A stretch of DNA of 64,000 nt, taken from IMG/VR virus record IMGVR_UViG_3300024518_000036; one strand, 5' to 3'. This document shows positions 36,360-45,822 of this stretch, one piece after another. Under the pieces are notes generated by a model, which saw nothing but the letters and a program-made list of their open reading frames with translations, had not been told where the DNA came from and searched no databases. Every line of letters starts with the position of its first letter. Positions within the stretch are counted from its first letter, which is position 1. A program made the position numbers and the translations under genes. The DNA is from an uncultured virus (IMG/VR IMGVR_UViG_3300024518_000036). Lineage: Duplodnaviria > Heunggongvirae > Uroviricota > Caudoviricetes.

Positions 36360-37610
36360 CTACCTCCCAGAAAGGAACCAGAGGAGTCCCAGACCACCAA
36401 CTACACCCACGACCAGCATCATGTTCGGACCTTCATCTTCTGCGGACTCGTCGAACTCTTCCAAGTCCAGTTCCTCGAAGTCTGGAGCAAAGGGCTCGTC
36501 AGCTGCAAGAAGGTCTTCTTCCATCTCGTCGGACGCATCTTTGGGGGCGGTCCTCGCCTCAGCCTCAGCTTCTTCCGCAAAAGCCAAGATCTGGTCCAGC
36601 TCTTCCGGCGTGGGATCGCCAGCTGGAAATTCAGCGTGGTAGTCCTCTTCCACAGCTTCGAGCTGGTCAGAGACAGGCTGAATGAGGTCATCCATCCCCT
36701 CGGCCATAGGGTCGATTGCAACACCACCGGCTTCGCTTTCAGAGTTGAGCGCAGGGCCATCCTCGACAATGGTTGCTTCAACAGCTTGGGTGATAGAAGA
36801 AGGGCCCGTCACATTGCTGGCACGAAGGTTGATGAGACGAAGCAGAGAGCGCTGCGTATAGGCACGGAGTCGCTGAACGTACGCCCGGCTTGACTCGCGC
36901 GAAAGCCGAGGAACTTGGGTCCCCAACAGCCGAATGAGCACCGCCACATCGGAGTGATTCGGCACTGACCAGGCACGAGGAAGAACGAGCTTCCTGCGCT
37001 GGATTGCTACACGAGATGGGTGAAGACGAACGGCGCGCTCGAAGTCGAGACCTCTCTTCAAGAGGCCGATTCGGCGCTTGAGGTGGACTCGTTTGGCGGA
37101 AAGAACTTGAATGCGAGCTTGCCTGTGCTTCCTCACCAGCTTGGGTCCTTTCTTGTTCTTGGCCCGCTTGTGAAGAGTCTTCAACTCGGCGTTGACCGCA
37201 GCAAGCTGAGCGCGGGAGGCCCGAAGACGAATTTTCACCTGGTCAGGACCAACCTTCTCTACTCCCGAAATACCTCCCCGGAGGGCGCGCCCCTTCTTCG
37301 CCCGAGCGACTGCAACAAGTGAAGCAAGCTCCTTGACCTCCTGAGCTAGATCCTGAGACAAAGCTGTGCGGGTCGCGGCGTCTGGTGCCGTAGCGACTGC
37401 GACTCGAAGCCGAAGCACCTCGCGGCGGTGATGCCCAATCTTCTTGCCTACTTGACGACGGGACTTGGGCAGAAGAGCCAGCGCTGCCATCCTGACGTGG
37501 AGAGGTTGCTGTGCGAACACGGCACGGCGCCGAGCACGAAGAGAGGAGACCGACTTTTTGAGCTGTCGAATTCGCTTCTTCTTCGCCGCTATCTTCTTGT
37601 ACTTCGCCAT
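36360..37610 (-). CDS. Arg/Lys-rich, acidic-linker, tail-anchored membrane protein
   Basis: Ends GGLGLLWFLSGR; GGAGG RBS. Confidence 0.8.
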   Translation of the reverse strand: MAKYKKIAAKKKRIRQLKKSVSSLRARRRAVFAQQPLHVRMAALALLPKSRRQVGKKIGHHRREVLRLRVAVATAPDAATRTALSQDLAQEVKELASLVAVARAKKGRALRGGISGVEKVGPDQVKIRLRASRAQLAAVNAELKTLHKRAKNKKGPKLVRKHRQARIQVLSAKRVHLKRRIGLLKRGLDFERAVRLHPSRVAIQRRKLVLPRAWSVPNHSDVAVLIRLLGTQVPRLSRESSRAYVQRLRAYTQRSLLRLINLRASNVTGPSSITQAVEATIVEDGPALNSESEAGGVAIDPMAEGMDDLIQPVSDQLEAVEEDYHAEFPAGDPTPEELDQILAFAEEAEAEARTAPKDASDEMEEDLLAADEPFAPDFEELDLEEFDESAEDEGPNMMLVVGVVGGLGLLWFLSGR

Positions 37611-37643
37611 AGGACACAGCCTCCGGTCCGAAGTCTGAATACC

Positions 37644-37690
37644 GCTCTAGCATGACAGAAGAAAGGAGCTGATGGAAGACGGGGTGCTAC
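37644..37690 (-). promoter_or_regulatory. GTAGCACCCCG box, CAGCTCCTTTC and -10 (TAGAGC)
   Basis: 41-nt spacing. Confidence 0.55.
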
Positions 37691-37696
37691 ACACCC

Positions 37697-38002
37697 TCAG
37701 ACAGCACGGCGGGCGTTCTCTTTTGCCATCAGCAGTTCTAGGGCAAACTCGGCCAGCTCCCTCATGACCCCAAGCTGTCCTGCAGCACCGGCTTCTGTGG
37801 CCTGACAGCGAATCTCTCGCATCACCATGTCGAGATCCACTTCCTCGTGACGAAGAACTTGTGCGCGGTGCTCCAAGTTCGTGGCCAAGGCGTCCGCTGA
37901 GTCTCTCAACATCTGCCGGTAAGCAACCGAGTCCATGTCCTCCTCATCATCGAGCAGCCAGGGTGCTGACGGACCAAGAAAGGAGCTGGAGTACTTGGGC
38001 AT
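37697..38002 (-). CDS. Small helical hypothetical protein
   Basis: ATG 1 nt after the upstream stop. Confidence 0.6.
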   Translation of the reverse strand: MPKYSSSFLGPSAPWLLDDEEDMDSVAYRQMLRDSADALATNLEHRAQVLRHEEVDLDMVMREIRCQATEAGAAGQLGVMRELAEFALELLMAKENARRAV

Positions 38003-38003
38003 A

Positions 38004-38369
38004 TTAGACGTTGTATCCGCACAACCAGGCAGCAGCGCCGTAAAGCCACTCAAAGTTGCGTATCGGAGTCCCGTTGTCGACCATGCGGAACGCTTCACGG
38101 CACAGTTGGTGCTCCGTGGTTCCCTTGGTTTCCCCAAAAGAGGATCCCGGATCCCGCATCAGTCGGCCCATCTGCGCTTCCTGCATCTTCCCTGTCGTCT
38201 CGGCCATTGCCTCCAACGCGATCAGGAGCTTCGGATCCCGCGCCACTGCTGCTCGGTAGCCGGTGTCTGCGAAGGTTTGACAGCGGCCGTCACGAGCCCT
38301 TACGGCCATTCCGTAGGCGTACTCGATCCTTCCTGGGGTCAAGGAGTCTTTGAAAAGGAGCTTCGACAC
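38004..38369 (-). CDS. Hypothetical protein
   Basis: GGAGG RBS plus GTG. Confidence 0.65.
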   Translation of the reverse strand: MSKLLFKDSLTPGRIEYAYGMAVRARDGRCQTFADTGYRAAVARDPKLLIALEAMAETTGKMQEAQMGRLMRDPGSSFGETKGTTEHQLCREAFRMVDNGTPIRNFEWLYGAAAWLCGYNV

Positions 38370-38411
38370 AACCGCCCTCCGTCGGAGGAAAAGGCTAACG
38401 CGCAGGCAGGA

Positions 38412-41400
38412 TTAGCGCTGCTTCTCAGCTCTCTCTTCCCCAATGCCCATGAGGTCCTCGGACCATTCGTCTTCCTCCTCCTCTTCCTCTTCCTCTTCCT
38501 CTTCCTCTTCCGGTTGCCTTCTCTTCCGAGTAACGATGCCGGGTTCTGCAGGAGGAATCTCCTCCTCTTCGTAGGTCTTCCACTCCGGGGCTCCATGCGC
38601 ACCGCTTCCGATCCCAAGATCCCTCTCAGCTTTGATGTACGCCTCCACTTCCCCAGACATACGAAGCTTTCCCTTCATTGGTTCCTGAAGGTTGGCCGTG
38701 ACGGTAGCCAAGTTGACAGCCTGGCCAGGTTCCCACGCTAGATAAAGACCGGCCTGACCCACACGAGCGACGTAGATGCTCGTTGCTCCCTTCCCTATCA
38801 TACGCCTCTGGGGCTTTTCTGCGACCCAGAACAGGGCCGACTGAATGGCCTTGCCCAACAACATCGTCATGTCCGCAGGAGACTTACCCACCATGTCACA
38901 GTCAATGTGATCTCCCCGGCGCCACGTCATGACTCGGGGGATAGGAGCGCCTTTCGGGGACATCAAGATGAGGGTGCTGTTGGGCCACCGATCCTCTCCA
39001 AGAACGCGAGGAATCTCTTCGAGACGAAGCGTGGTCAGTCGACGCTTCCTGTACCTCTTGCACACTGCCGAAGAGGGCTGCATGGTGTGCCGACCGCCCT
39101 TCCCGCGCCTCTTGACGGCCATCCGTTGTTCGGCCAGGATCGCGATGGCCTCTTCGAGTGACAGCTCCGCTTGTTTCATGATGAGGGAAAGGGCCTTGGC
39201 GTCCTGGAAGGGCAGCGCCTGCCTCAGAGCCATATCGGCGACTTCTCTCGCCGTGAGTCCCCTCGTTACCTCGGTTGGCGTCCCCTTACCGTCCGTTACG
39301 TAGGCAACCACCTCGTCGTCCCGTAGCTTGCTGAGCCGAGAAACGAGGTTGAAGCCGCCTGGACCCAGTGCTTGAGAGATCCGATCAGCAACGGCCCAGG
39401 TGTCCGGGCGTTCCTTGCCCTGAGGAGGGAACAACGTGTCCAGGCCGGTCTTGTCGATTTTCCAGCCCTCAGGGCTGCCTTCCGCTTTCCGCAGGGCGTC
39501 GAAGGCCCCCTGAGCGGCCCACCACTCTGGGTACTCCGTCTTCAACTCCTTTGGCGTCAGCCTGCTGTCGCGGCTTCCTGGCGAGAAGTCAGGCCACTTG
39601 CCCGTCCGGACGAGGCTTTCCACCCTATCCAGACCCTCCTCCCGAAGTGGATTGTCCCGAGGACCACGGCTGCGACGGCGTCGTCGGCCACGCCGTCCGT
39701 ACTTAGAGTTCGGCTTGGCCATGTCTTTCAGGTAGGGCTCTGCGAATTCCACGGTGTCGTCAGGCGTAACCTGCTGCGCTGCGAAGCTCTCCCGGAGGCC
39801 AGGCTCTACTCCTTCTTGTGTCATCGCTTCACGAAGCAGAGCGTCTTGTTCTAGCTGTTGGGGAAGGAGCCCAAGGTTCATCTCGTGCTTGTAGCGAACC
39901 CTGAGCTGGTCCTTCAGTTGTTGCAATGCAGGCTTGAGGCTCTTCAACCACCGGAGCCGTCCCCTTTTACCCGTAGGCGGCTCGGGCAGTTTGATGCCCA
40001 GCTCGGCCATGTAGACGTAGAGCTTGTTTTCCTTGGTGGTGTCCTCTTCGGGCACCGGTTTGAATTCCAGAGAGTACCCATCCTCTACGGCAGTCGCATC
40101 GACGAAGAAGAGCTTATTGCCCACCTCCGTCATGTAAGGAACCCCCTCCTCGATCTCCTGTATCAGGGCCAAGTCCTCGTCAATGTTGAGGACTGTGGAC
40201 TGCCCGGTACGAATCCGGTTCATCTCCTTCGCCCTGCGAGCGAAAAGGGCGTCGGCGCTGAGATAGGTTTCACGAGGGCGCGTCAGCGCCACCACTTCTC
40301 CTCGACGCCCGCCATCGTGGGGCAAACACTCGCCTGTTTTTCGACAGATCTGGGTCACGAAGGAAAGGAAATCGGCAAAGCTCCTTCCTTGCTTGGTCGC
40401 CCAAGTCCCTGTGGGAAGCCCAGCCCGTGTCGCTCGCCCCTGCCTGCCGCCATGCGCGGAGTAGGCCACTTGACCGGCCAATACTGCGGCTGGCGTTCGA
40501 CGGCTGCCGGAGAACCCAGAGATCTCCGTGTTCAGCGTGTGGTAGTAGGCATCCATCAGCTGCATTTCTGGTAAGCGGGGGTCTTCTCCTTCCTCGTCCT
40601 CTTCCTTGACACTCTTGAGAACGCGGTCAAATCGCTCCGTCTGAGAGACGGGCTGAAACGCCAGGATGTTGGGGAGCTGATGGGCTCTGCCCATTAGAGG
40701 CACGATGTACCCTTTAGAACGGAACCACTCTGTCTGGGTGAGGTACTCGCTGAGCTGTTTCACTGTGTGGGGAGAGCCCCCAGCAGCAAACACTCCGTCC
40801 GCCCTACCCACTTCCGTGTAGAGATCGCCCTCAATCCTTGCTTCATCAGGACAGTTCCCGACCCCCCGGGACGTCGGAATACGCAGGGAGAAGAGGAGGA
40901 TCCCCGACTTCTCGTTCATCGCCAGAGCCCTGGGGATTGCCCTTCCTGTCTTATCCAGCTTGTTGAGGTCTACCTGAAGCGTCCCGACGACTGAGAAAGG
41001 AGCTGGAAGGATCCTGGGCTTGGCTTCATCCTGGGGCCTCTCCAGACGCCGCCAGATCTGGCTCAAAGACTCCGTAGTGCTTTGATCCCCAGGATGCCTC
41101 GTCAGACCCGACTGGTCACAGATGGCCTTGAGCAGCGCGTTGGCCGGGTTGAACACCAGGTCCCCCTCCGGCAGGGGCTCGAAGCAATCGGTCGTCTCGC
41201 CTTTGGCGCATATCCTGTCCTCGAACGACAGGTCGTAGATGGTGAGCTTCTTCCGCCCCTTGATCCAAGCCCTTCCGTAGTCAGGCATGAAGGGTCCGAG
41301 GCTCTGGTGACCGTCTTCGTCCTCGTACATGACCCTCGCTTCGGCCAGCTGCAAAGCGCTCGTGTAGCTTGCGATACGCTGTCCGTTGGCGTTCGTGACG

Positions 41401-44400
41401 GGAAGGTTCTCGCGGCGAACGAACTCGTTCATGCCCTTGATGGCATCACCTCGACCCAACTCGGTCGTGAAATCCTCAAAGGACATCGGTCCCCAAGACC
41501 GGGCGTACATCGGGAATTTTTTGCGTCGCTTCTTGCCCGGGACGTCGACCATCAACCGGAAAGCTCCGACCTCCCCTCGCTTCAGTGTTCCTTTCCCCTT
41601 TCGCACGGTCATTGTCTTCTGGCCGTTGAGCACGAAGGGCTTGAGGTGATCCATGAAGTTCAGGGTGATGTTGCGCGTCTCTCGAAGCTCGCGGTTCTGC
41701 TCCGCCCAGATGCGGTACTCGCTGAGGATCTTCTCGATCTGGTCTCTTCTCAGGGCCACCTGGTAGAAGACTCCGTACTCGGGGAACCACGCGCTCTCCG
41801 GGTTTCTCCGCACGAAAGGAGCGGTCGGGTAGAACGGGCGGCGAACCATAGTGTTCTGCCGGGCTGCCCGCTGGCGGCGATACGGGTTGCTCTGCGCAGG
41901 CTGCTGCTGGGCAAGCTTGACACCCTGTTCGATGAAGTCTTGAACGGCTGTGAAGATCCCCTTCTGCGCCTTCCAGTCCCTGTTCCCTGCGACGTTGAGG
42001 ACCTCGATTTGGTTGTCCACAAGCCACTTCGCGAACTCGACCGTGCTCGCCCTGGTGATGTGCTGACCCCCCTGCTGGCCCCCCCGCCACTGATGGACAT
42101 AGACTGGGTAGCCCTTCTGTGCTCCAGCGCCGACTTGAGGTCCATGCAGGACAGAAAGTCTGGCCTTGTCCCACCTCTTCTCGCGGGGGCCTCCCAGAGC
42201 TGTCCTGAGCGTCAGGTTGCCTCCGGGGGAGGTGGGGTCGCCAAACCAGAGCGTTCCATCAGCGTCGCTCACGTTGACCTTCGTACGAGGTGCCCACTCC
42301 TTAGAGTGATGCTCCTTCAGTCCGCCAGAAGGGAGATTGGCCAGCTCGGGGATGGCCCCGTCCACCAAGGAGGATCCTCCGGGAACTTCGACGTAGGCCC
42401 TGAACCCTCGGGGCATGGTGCCACCAGTCCTCAGCCCCAGGCCCACGGCCGCAGCAAGACCACCCTGGTCCGCGCCGGACTGGCCACCGGAGATGATGGC
42501 CTTGAGCACGAGCTTCTTCGCCGGGCTTACAGCCGCCGTGGCAGAGGCAGGCGCCCTCTTTGTCACAGTCGTCGTTGTCGAAGCACCTGGCTCTGCCCCC
42601 AGGAAGGCCAGCCAGCCGGGGTCGGGTATCAGAGGGGCCAGCGGAGCTGCCAACGGAGGGGGAGGAGGTGGCGTGATGTCACGAAAGGAGCCGTCGAAGC
42701 TCAAAGCGTAGACGTAGGAACCCCCGCGCTTCCCCTTCAGACGCAAGTAGACGTCGGTGCCCCGGATCGACGGGCCCCGGATCGACGTGACCCCCAGCTC
42801 TCCGGACTTCAGCGAAGTCTCCCGTTCCCGTGCCGTTTCGGCCTTGTTCCCCGCCAAGAGGGCGTTGGCCTGGTCTTTATTGAAGGTGAGCTTCAGCCGC
42901 TTTGCTGTGGCGTCGAGCTTCCTCTTCTGCTCCTGGCGCCTCTTGATCCCCTCGGGCATCGCCTTGGAGGGCCTCAGTCGCTTGGCTGCCAGGAAGCCAG
43001 CATACGCCGCGTCCTTCGGGCTTCTGTCGGTTCCCCCCAGTGCCTCGTTTCTACGCTTCATCACGGCCACGTTGATGTCGTCGAGAACGCCGTAGATCGT
43101 GACTACGAGCCGCTCCACAGGAGACTCCGGCGAGAGACGCCCAGCAGGTAGCGGAACGGTGCGGGCCTTGGGAACGGTGCGCTCCCTGGTGTCGAAGAGG
43201 GTGTCATCTAGCGCCTGGGCCCCGCGCTCCCCTTCCTCCTTGTAGACCTCGCGCATCTCTTGGACGTTGTACCTCCGATGCTTCTCCACTTCGTGCGCAA
43301 AAGACTCGTATTTCAACGAGAGTGGGTCCTTCCCCTTCTTGTCAATGAGCCTCTGCATCTGAAGCAGCGTCGGGAGATTCTTCGTCGCTCGATGACGGGC
43401 ATAGACGACCATGTGCCTTTTACCAGGGACGTTGCGAATCTTGGGTGGATCCCCGTACCAGGAGGGACCCGACTCGGTCTCGGACGGCAGATAGAAGGTG
43501 AGAGGCAACCTCTTCGCTTGCCTCATGCCTTGACGAACTGCAGTGGTGCAAGGAGTGGGCGGACCTGTTGGATCACTCAGATCAGGACAGAACGCCCCCT
43601 TGAACTCAACGGGAAGGTTGCTAAGTCCCGGAAGCTCTCCTTCGGCTCTCTGGATGAGAGGAGAAAGGAGACGAGCTACAAGCTGTTCAGCCCTCCGGCT
43701 CACCTGCCGAAGTTCGCCAGCAGCAGCCTCGGCGCGGGCATATTCCCGTTTGACTACCCTGGCCGCAACCCTGTGCGAGGCCCGGTGGCCTGTTTTCTTG
43801 CTCTTCTCCGGGTCACCAAAGACGATGGAGTAAATCCATTCCCCTGGCTCCACCCCCACCAGAGTCAACCGGAAGAGCTTGCCCTGGCGGCTCAAGATCC
43901 AGCGGTGGTATTGGTCCTGGTGTGCCCACTCTTTCGAGTCGGACGTCGGGATCTTAGTCAGCCCAATCCTCTTTGCCGTCCTCTCGTCCTTGACACTGAA
44001 CACGCCATCCCCAGCTGCTGCCCGATCCAGCACCGAGCGCGGCACAGGGAAAACCCGGTTGGCCGGAACAGCAGACCCGAACCCGAGGAAGAAGAGCGGG
44101 CTCGCTTGGGGGGTTCCTGGCGGAAATCTCCATGTCTGGACGAAAGCCGCTTCTTGTACCATCGAAGCCAAGACTGTCGGGAATACGTTCATCGTCTGCC
44201 CGACTGCCGCGAACCGCTGGGCCGCCGCAAGCGTGGCGGTAATCTCCTGGTGGTCCTTGGCCGAGAGCGCTCCGCCCCGCAGAAGACGCAGGGTTGGGAG
44301 TGGATCCTCGTTCATCAAGCGGTCTACAGCCCGCGCCAGCCCCATCTGGAGGTGGGGGCTGGGACAATTGTACTGAGCCGACTGTCGAACGAGCGTGATC

Positions 44401-45821
44401 GGCTTACCCCCTTCGATACCAACGCCCAAAGCTACCATACCGCGCAAAATCTCCGTCAAGAACAGAGTCAGAGTGATCTTTCCCTCCTTCTCTACCGTGA
44501 AACGCCCTCGAACCTTTCCAGCCGCTTCGTTTTCAGCTGTGAAGACGTAGTGAGGGTCAGAGGCGTCCCGAACAAGGCGCCCGTCCGTAATGCCTATGGC
44601 ATCAGTGCCGAGGGTCAAACGGCCCCCGGTGATCTTTTCGCTCTTAGGACCCAGCGCAACGTCGATGCTCACCTTCCCAGAGCTGTAGTTGATCGTCGGA
44701 GAGCACATAGAGTTCGCAAAGAGCGTGGACCCTGTAAGCTCTTTCCCCTTCTCGTAGAAAGGAGCTGGCAGAGCGAAGGCCAGCACGCCTTGCCACGCTC
44801 GATTAGATAAGTCCCAGAGCTTGGCGGTGATTAAGGTACGAGCCAAGCCGTCATACAGGGCTGGCTCGTTCTTGCCTACACCAACCGGAGCGATGCGATA
44901 ACTCCCTTCGTGCTCAGATAGAGGGCCCGAAGCCATGAGGCCCAAGAAGGTCCGAGGAGGGGCGGGAGGCGGCACACCCGCCCTCTCAGCCTCAACCAGC
45001 ACCGACGGGGGGTAAGCCCGCACGTCACCGACAGAAACCACCGGGTAGTTTCTCATCTTTCCCGGCTGCTCTGCTCTCTTGACGATATCGGACAGCTTCA
45101 CGACTTGCTTCTGAAAGGCTTGTGCACTGAGGGTCGTGATCCCCAAGAGCCCCTGCCCGCCCAGAATCCCGAAGTCAGGGAAGGGATGGGCCTTCGTCCC
45201 TTGAAGCGCCTCCCACTCTTCCTGAAGCCCGAGAGGAAGGTAGTTCTCCGCCCTGCCCCGGTAGGGAACTCGAAGGTCGAAGCTGATCTTGTTCACTGCG
45301 CTCAAGACCTCCCGAGCGGACTGGAGATCCTCCGGAGCGCCTTCCCCGGACCACTTCGGCTCGATGAAGCCCAGAACACCGCTCTCGTCGTAGGCGAAGA
45401 TTTCCTCCACGAGATTTCCTAGGGCGTCTTCGTTGATCCGCCCATGCTCCACCACCTGAGAAGTGTCGACCCCGTACTCGCCCAGGTGAGAAAGGAGCTG
45501 CCTGACGGCATCGCGGTAGCGCGGGTAGCTAAGAGCGGTCCTGAACGCATGCGCTGCCATGAGGACAGCGGTGGGGTTGACAGGAAAGAGCACGACCTGT
45601 CGGCGAGACAGCTCACCGTGGCTGAAAAGCGCATCCCAAGGCCCATCAACTACGGGGCCTGACTCCTGAGGCAGGGAAGCAGTCGCAGGGTTGTAACGAG
45701 AGACCCGAGTAGATCGGTCCTTCCTGCGCTTGCGGCGTCGGCCCCGAGGTGCACGAGGGGGGTTGGCCTCTGCAATCAGAGCCTGCTTCCACTGCCAGTA
45801 GCCTCGACGACCTCGACCCAC
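38412..45821 (-). CDS. 2469-aa polyvalent-type protein with SLOG (MoCo-carrier/YpsA-like) and ASCH-like domains
   Basis: IISGGQSGADQGGL...RTKVNVSDADGTL...VLNVAGNR (about 41920-42520); LNF...VLNGQKTMTVR (about 41400-41680); poly-Glu tail. Confidence 0.85.
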   Translation of the reverse strand: MGRGRRGYWQWKQALIAEANPPRAPRGRRRKRRKDRSTRVSRYNPATASLPQESGPVVDGPWDALFSHGELSRRQVVLFPVNPTAVLMAAHAFRTALSYPRYRDAVRQLLSHLGEYGVDTSQVVEHGRINEDALGNLVEEIFAYDESGVLGFIEPKWSGEGAPEDLQSAREVLSAVNKISFDLRVPYRGRAENYLPLGLQEEWEALQGTKAHPFPDFGILGGQGLLGITTLSAQAFQKQVVKLSDIVKRAEQPGKMRNYPVVSVGDVRAYPPSVLVEAERAGVPPPAPPRTFLGLMASGPLSEHEGSYRIAPVGVGKNEPALYDGLARTLITAKLWDLSNRAWQGVLAFALPAPFYEKGKELTGSTLFANSMCSPTINYSSGKVSIDVALGPKSEKITGGRLTLGTDAIGITDGRLVRDASDPHYVFTAENEAAGKVRGRFTVEKEGKITLTLFLTEILRGMVALGVGIEGGKPITLVRQSAQYNCPSPHLQMGLARAVDRLMNEDPLPTLRLLRGGALSAKDHQEITATLAAAQRFAAVGQTMNVFPTVLASMVQEAAFVQTWRFPPGTPQASPLFFLGFGSAVPANRVFPVPRSVLDRAAAGDGVFSVKDERTAKRIGLTKIPTSDSKEWAHQDQYHRWILSRQGKLFRLTLVGVEPGEWIYSIVFGDPEKSKKTGHRASHRVAARVVKREYARAEAAAGELRQVSRRAEQLVARLLSPLIQRAEGELPGLSNLPVEFKGAFCPDLSDPTGPPTPCTTAVRQGMRQAKRLPLTFYLPSETESGPSWYGDPPKIRNVPGKRHMVVYARHRATKNLPTLLQMQRLIDKKGKDPLSLKYESFAHEVEKHRRYNVQEMREVYKEEGERGAQALDDTLFDTRERTVPKARTVPLPAGRLSPESPVERLVVTIYGVLDDINVAVMKRRNEALGGTDRSPKDAAYAGFLAAKRLRPSKAMPEGIKRRQEQKRKLDATAKRLKLTFNKDQANALLAGNKAETARERETSLKSGELGVTSIRGPSIRGTDVYLRLKGKRGGSYVYALSFDGSFRDITPPPPPPLAAPLAPLIPDPGWLAFLGAEPGASTTTTVTKRAPASATAAVSPAKKLVLKAIISGGQSGADQGGLAAAVGLGLRTGGTMPRGFRAYVEVPGGSSLVDGAIPELANLPSGGLKEHHSKEWAPRTKVNVSDADGTLWFGDPTSPGGNLTLRTALGGPREKRWDKARLSVLHGPQVGAGAQKGYPVYVHQWRGGQQGGQHITRASTVEFAKWLVDNQIEVLNVAGNRDWKAQKGIFTAVQDFIEQGVKLAQQQPAQSNPYRRQRAARQNTMVRRPFYPTAPFVRRNPESAWFPEYGVFYQVALRRDQIEKILSEYRIWAEQNRELRETRNITLNFMDHLKPFVLNGQKTMTVRKGKGTLKRGEVGAFRLMVDVPGKKRRKKFPMYARSWGPMSFEDFTTELGRGDAIKGMNEFVRRENLPVTNANGQRIASYTSALQLAEARVMYEDEDGHQSLGPFMPDYGRAWIKGRKKLTIYDLSFEDRICAKGETTDCFEPLPEGDLVFNPANALLKAICDQSGLTRHPGDQSTTESLSQIWRRLERPQDEAKPRILPAPFSVVGTLQVDLNKLDKTGRAIPRALAMNEKSGILLFSLRIPTSRGVGNCPDEARIEGDLYTEVGRADGVFAAGGSPHTVKQLSEYLTQTEWFRSKGYIVPLMGRAHQLPNILAFQPVSQTERFDRVLKSVKEEDEEGEDPRLPEMQLMDAYYHTLNTEISGFSGSRRTPAAVLAGQVAYSAHGGRQGRATRAGLPTGTWATKQGRSFADFLSFVTQICRKTGECLPHDGGRRGEVVALTRPRETYLSADALFARRAKEMNRIRTGQSTVLNIDEDLALIQEIEEGVPYMTEVGNKLFFVDATAVEDGYSLEFKPVPEEDTTKENKLYVYMAELGIKLPEPPTGKRGRLRWLKSLKPALQQLKDQLRVRYKHEMNLGLLPQQLEQDALLREAMTQEGVEPGLRESFAAQQVTPDDTVEFAEPYLKDMAKPNSKYGRRGRRRRRSRGPRDNPLREEGLDRVESLVRTGKWPDFSPGSRDSRLTPKELKTEYPEWWAAQGAFDALRKAEGSPEGWKIDKTGLDTLFPPQGKERPDTWAVADRISQALGPGGFNLVSRLSKLRDDEVVAYVTDGKGTPTEVTRGLTAREVADMALRQALPFQDAKALSLIMKQAELSLEEAIAILAEQRMAVKRRGKGGRHTMQPSSAVCKRYRKRRLTTLRLEEIPRVLGEDRWPNSTLILMSPKGAPIPRVMTWRRGDHIDCDMVGKSPADMTMLLGKAIQSALFWVAEKPQRRMIGKGATSIYVARVGQAGLYLAWEPGQAVNLATVTANLQEPMKGKLRMSGEVEAYIKAERDLGIGSGAHGAPEWKTYEEEEIPPAEPGIVTRKRRQPEEEEEEEEEEEEEDEWSEDLMGIGEERAEKQR

Positions 45822-45822
45822 G

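Noticed and set aside
41082..44810. Long opposite-strand ORFs (e.g. 41082-43151, 43260-44810, 9826-10782, 26355-27530)
   Set aside because: Shadow frames of GC-rich genes with no motifs or RBS
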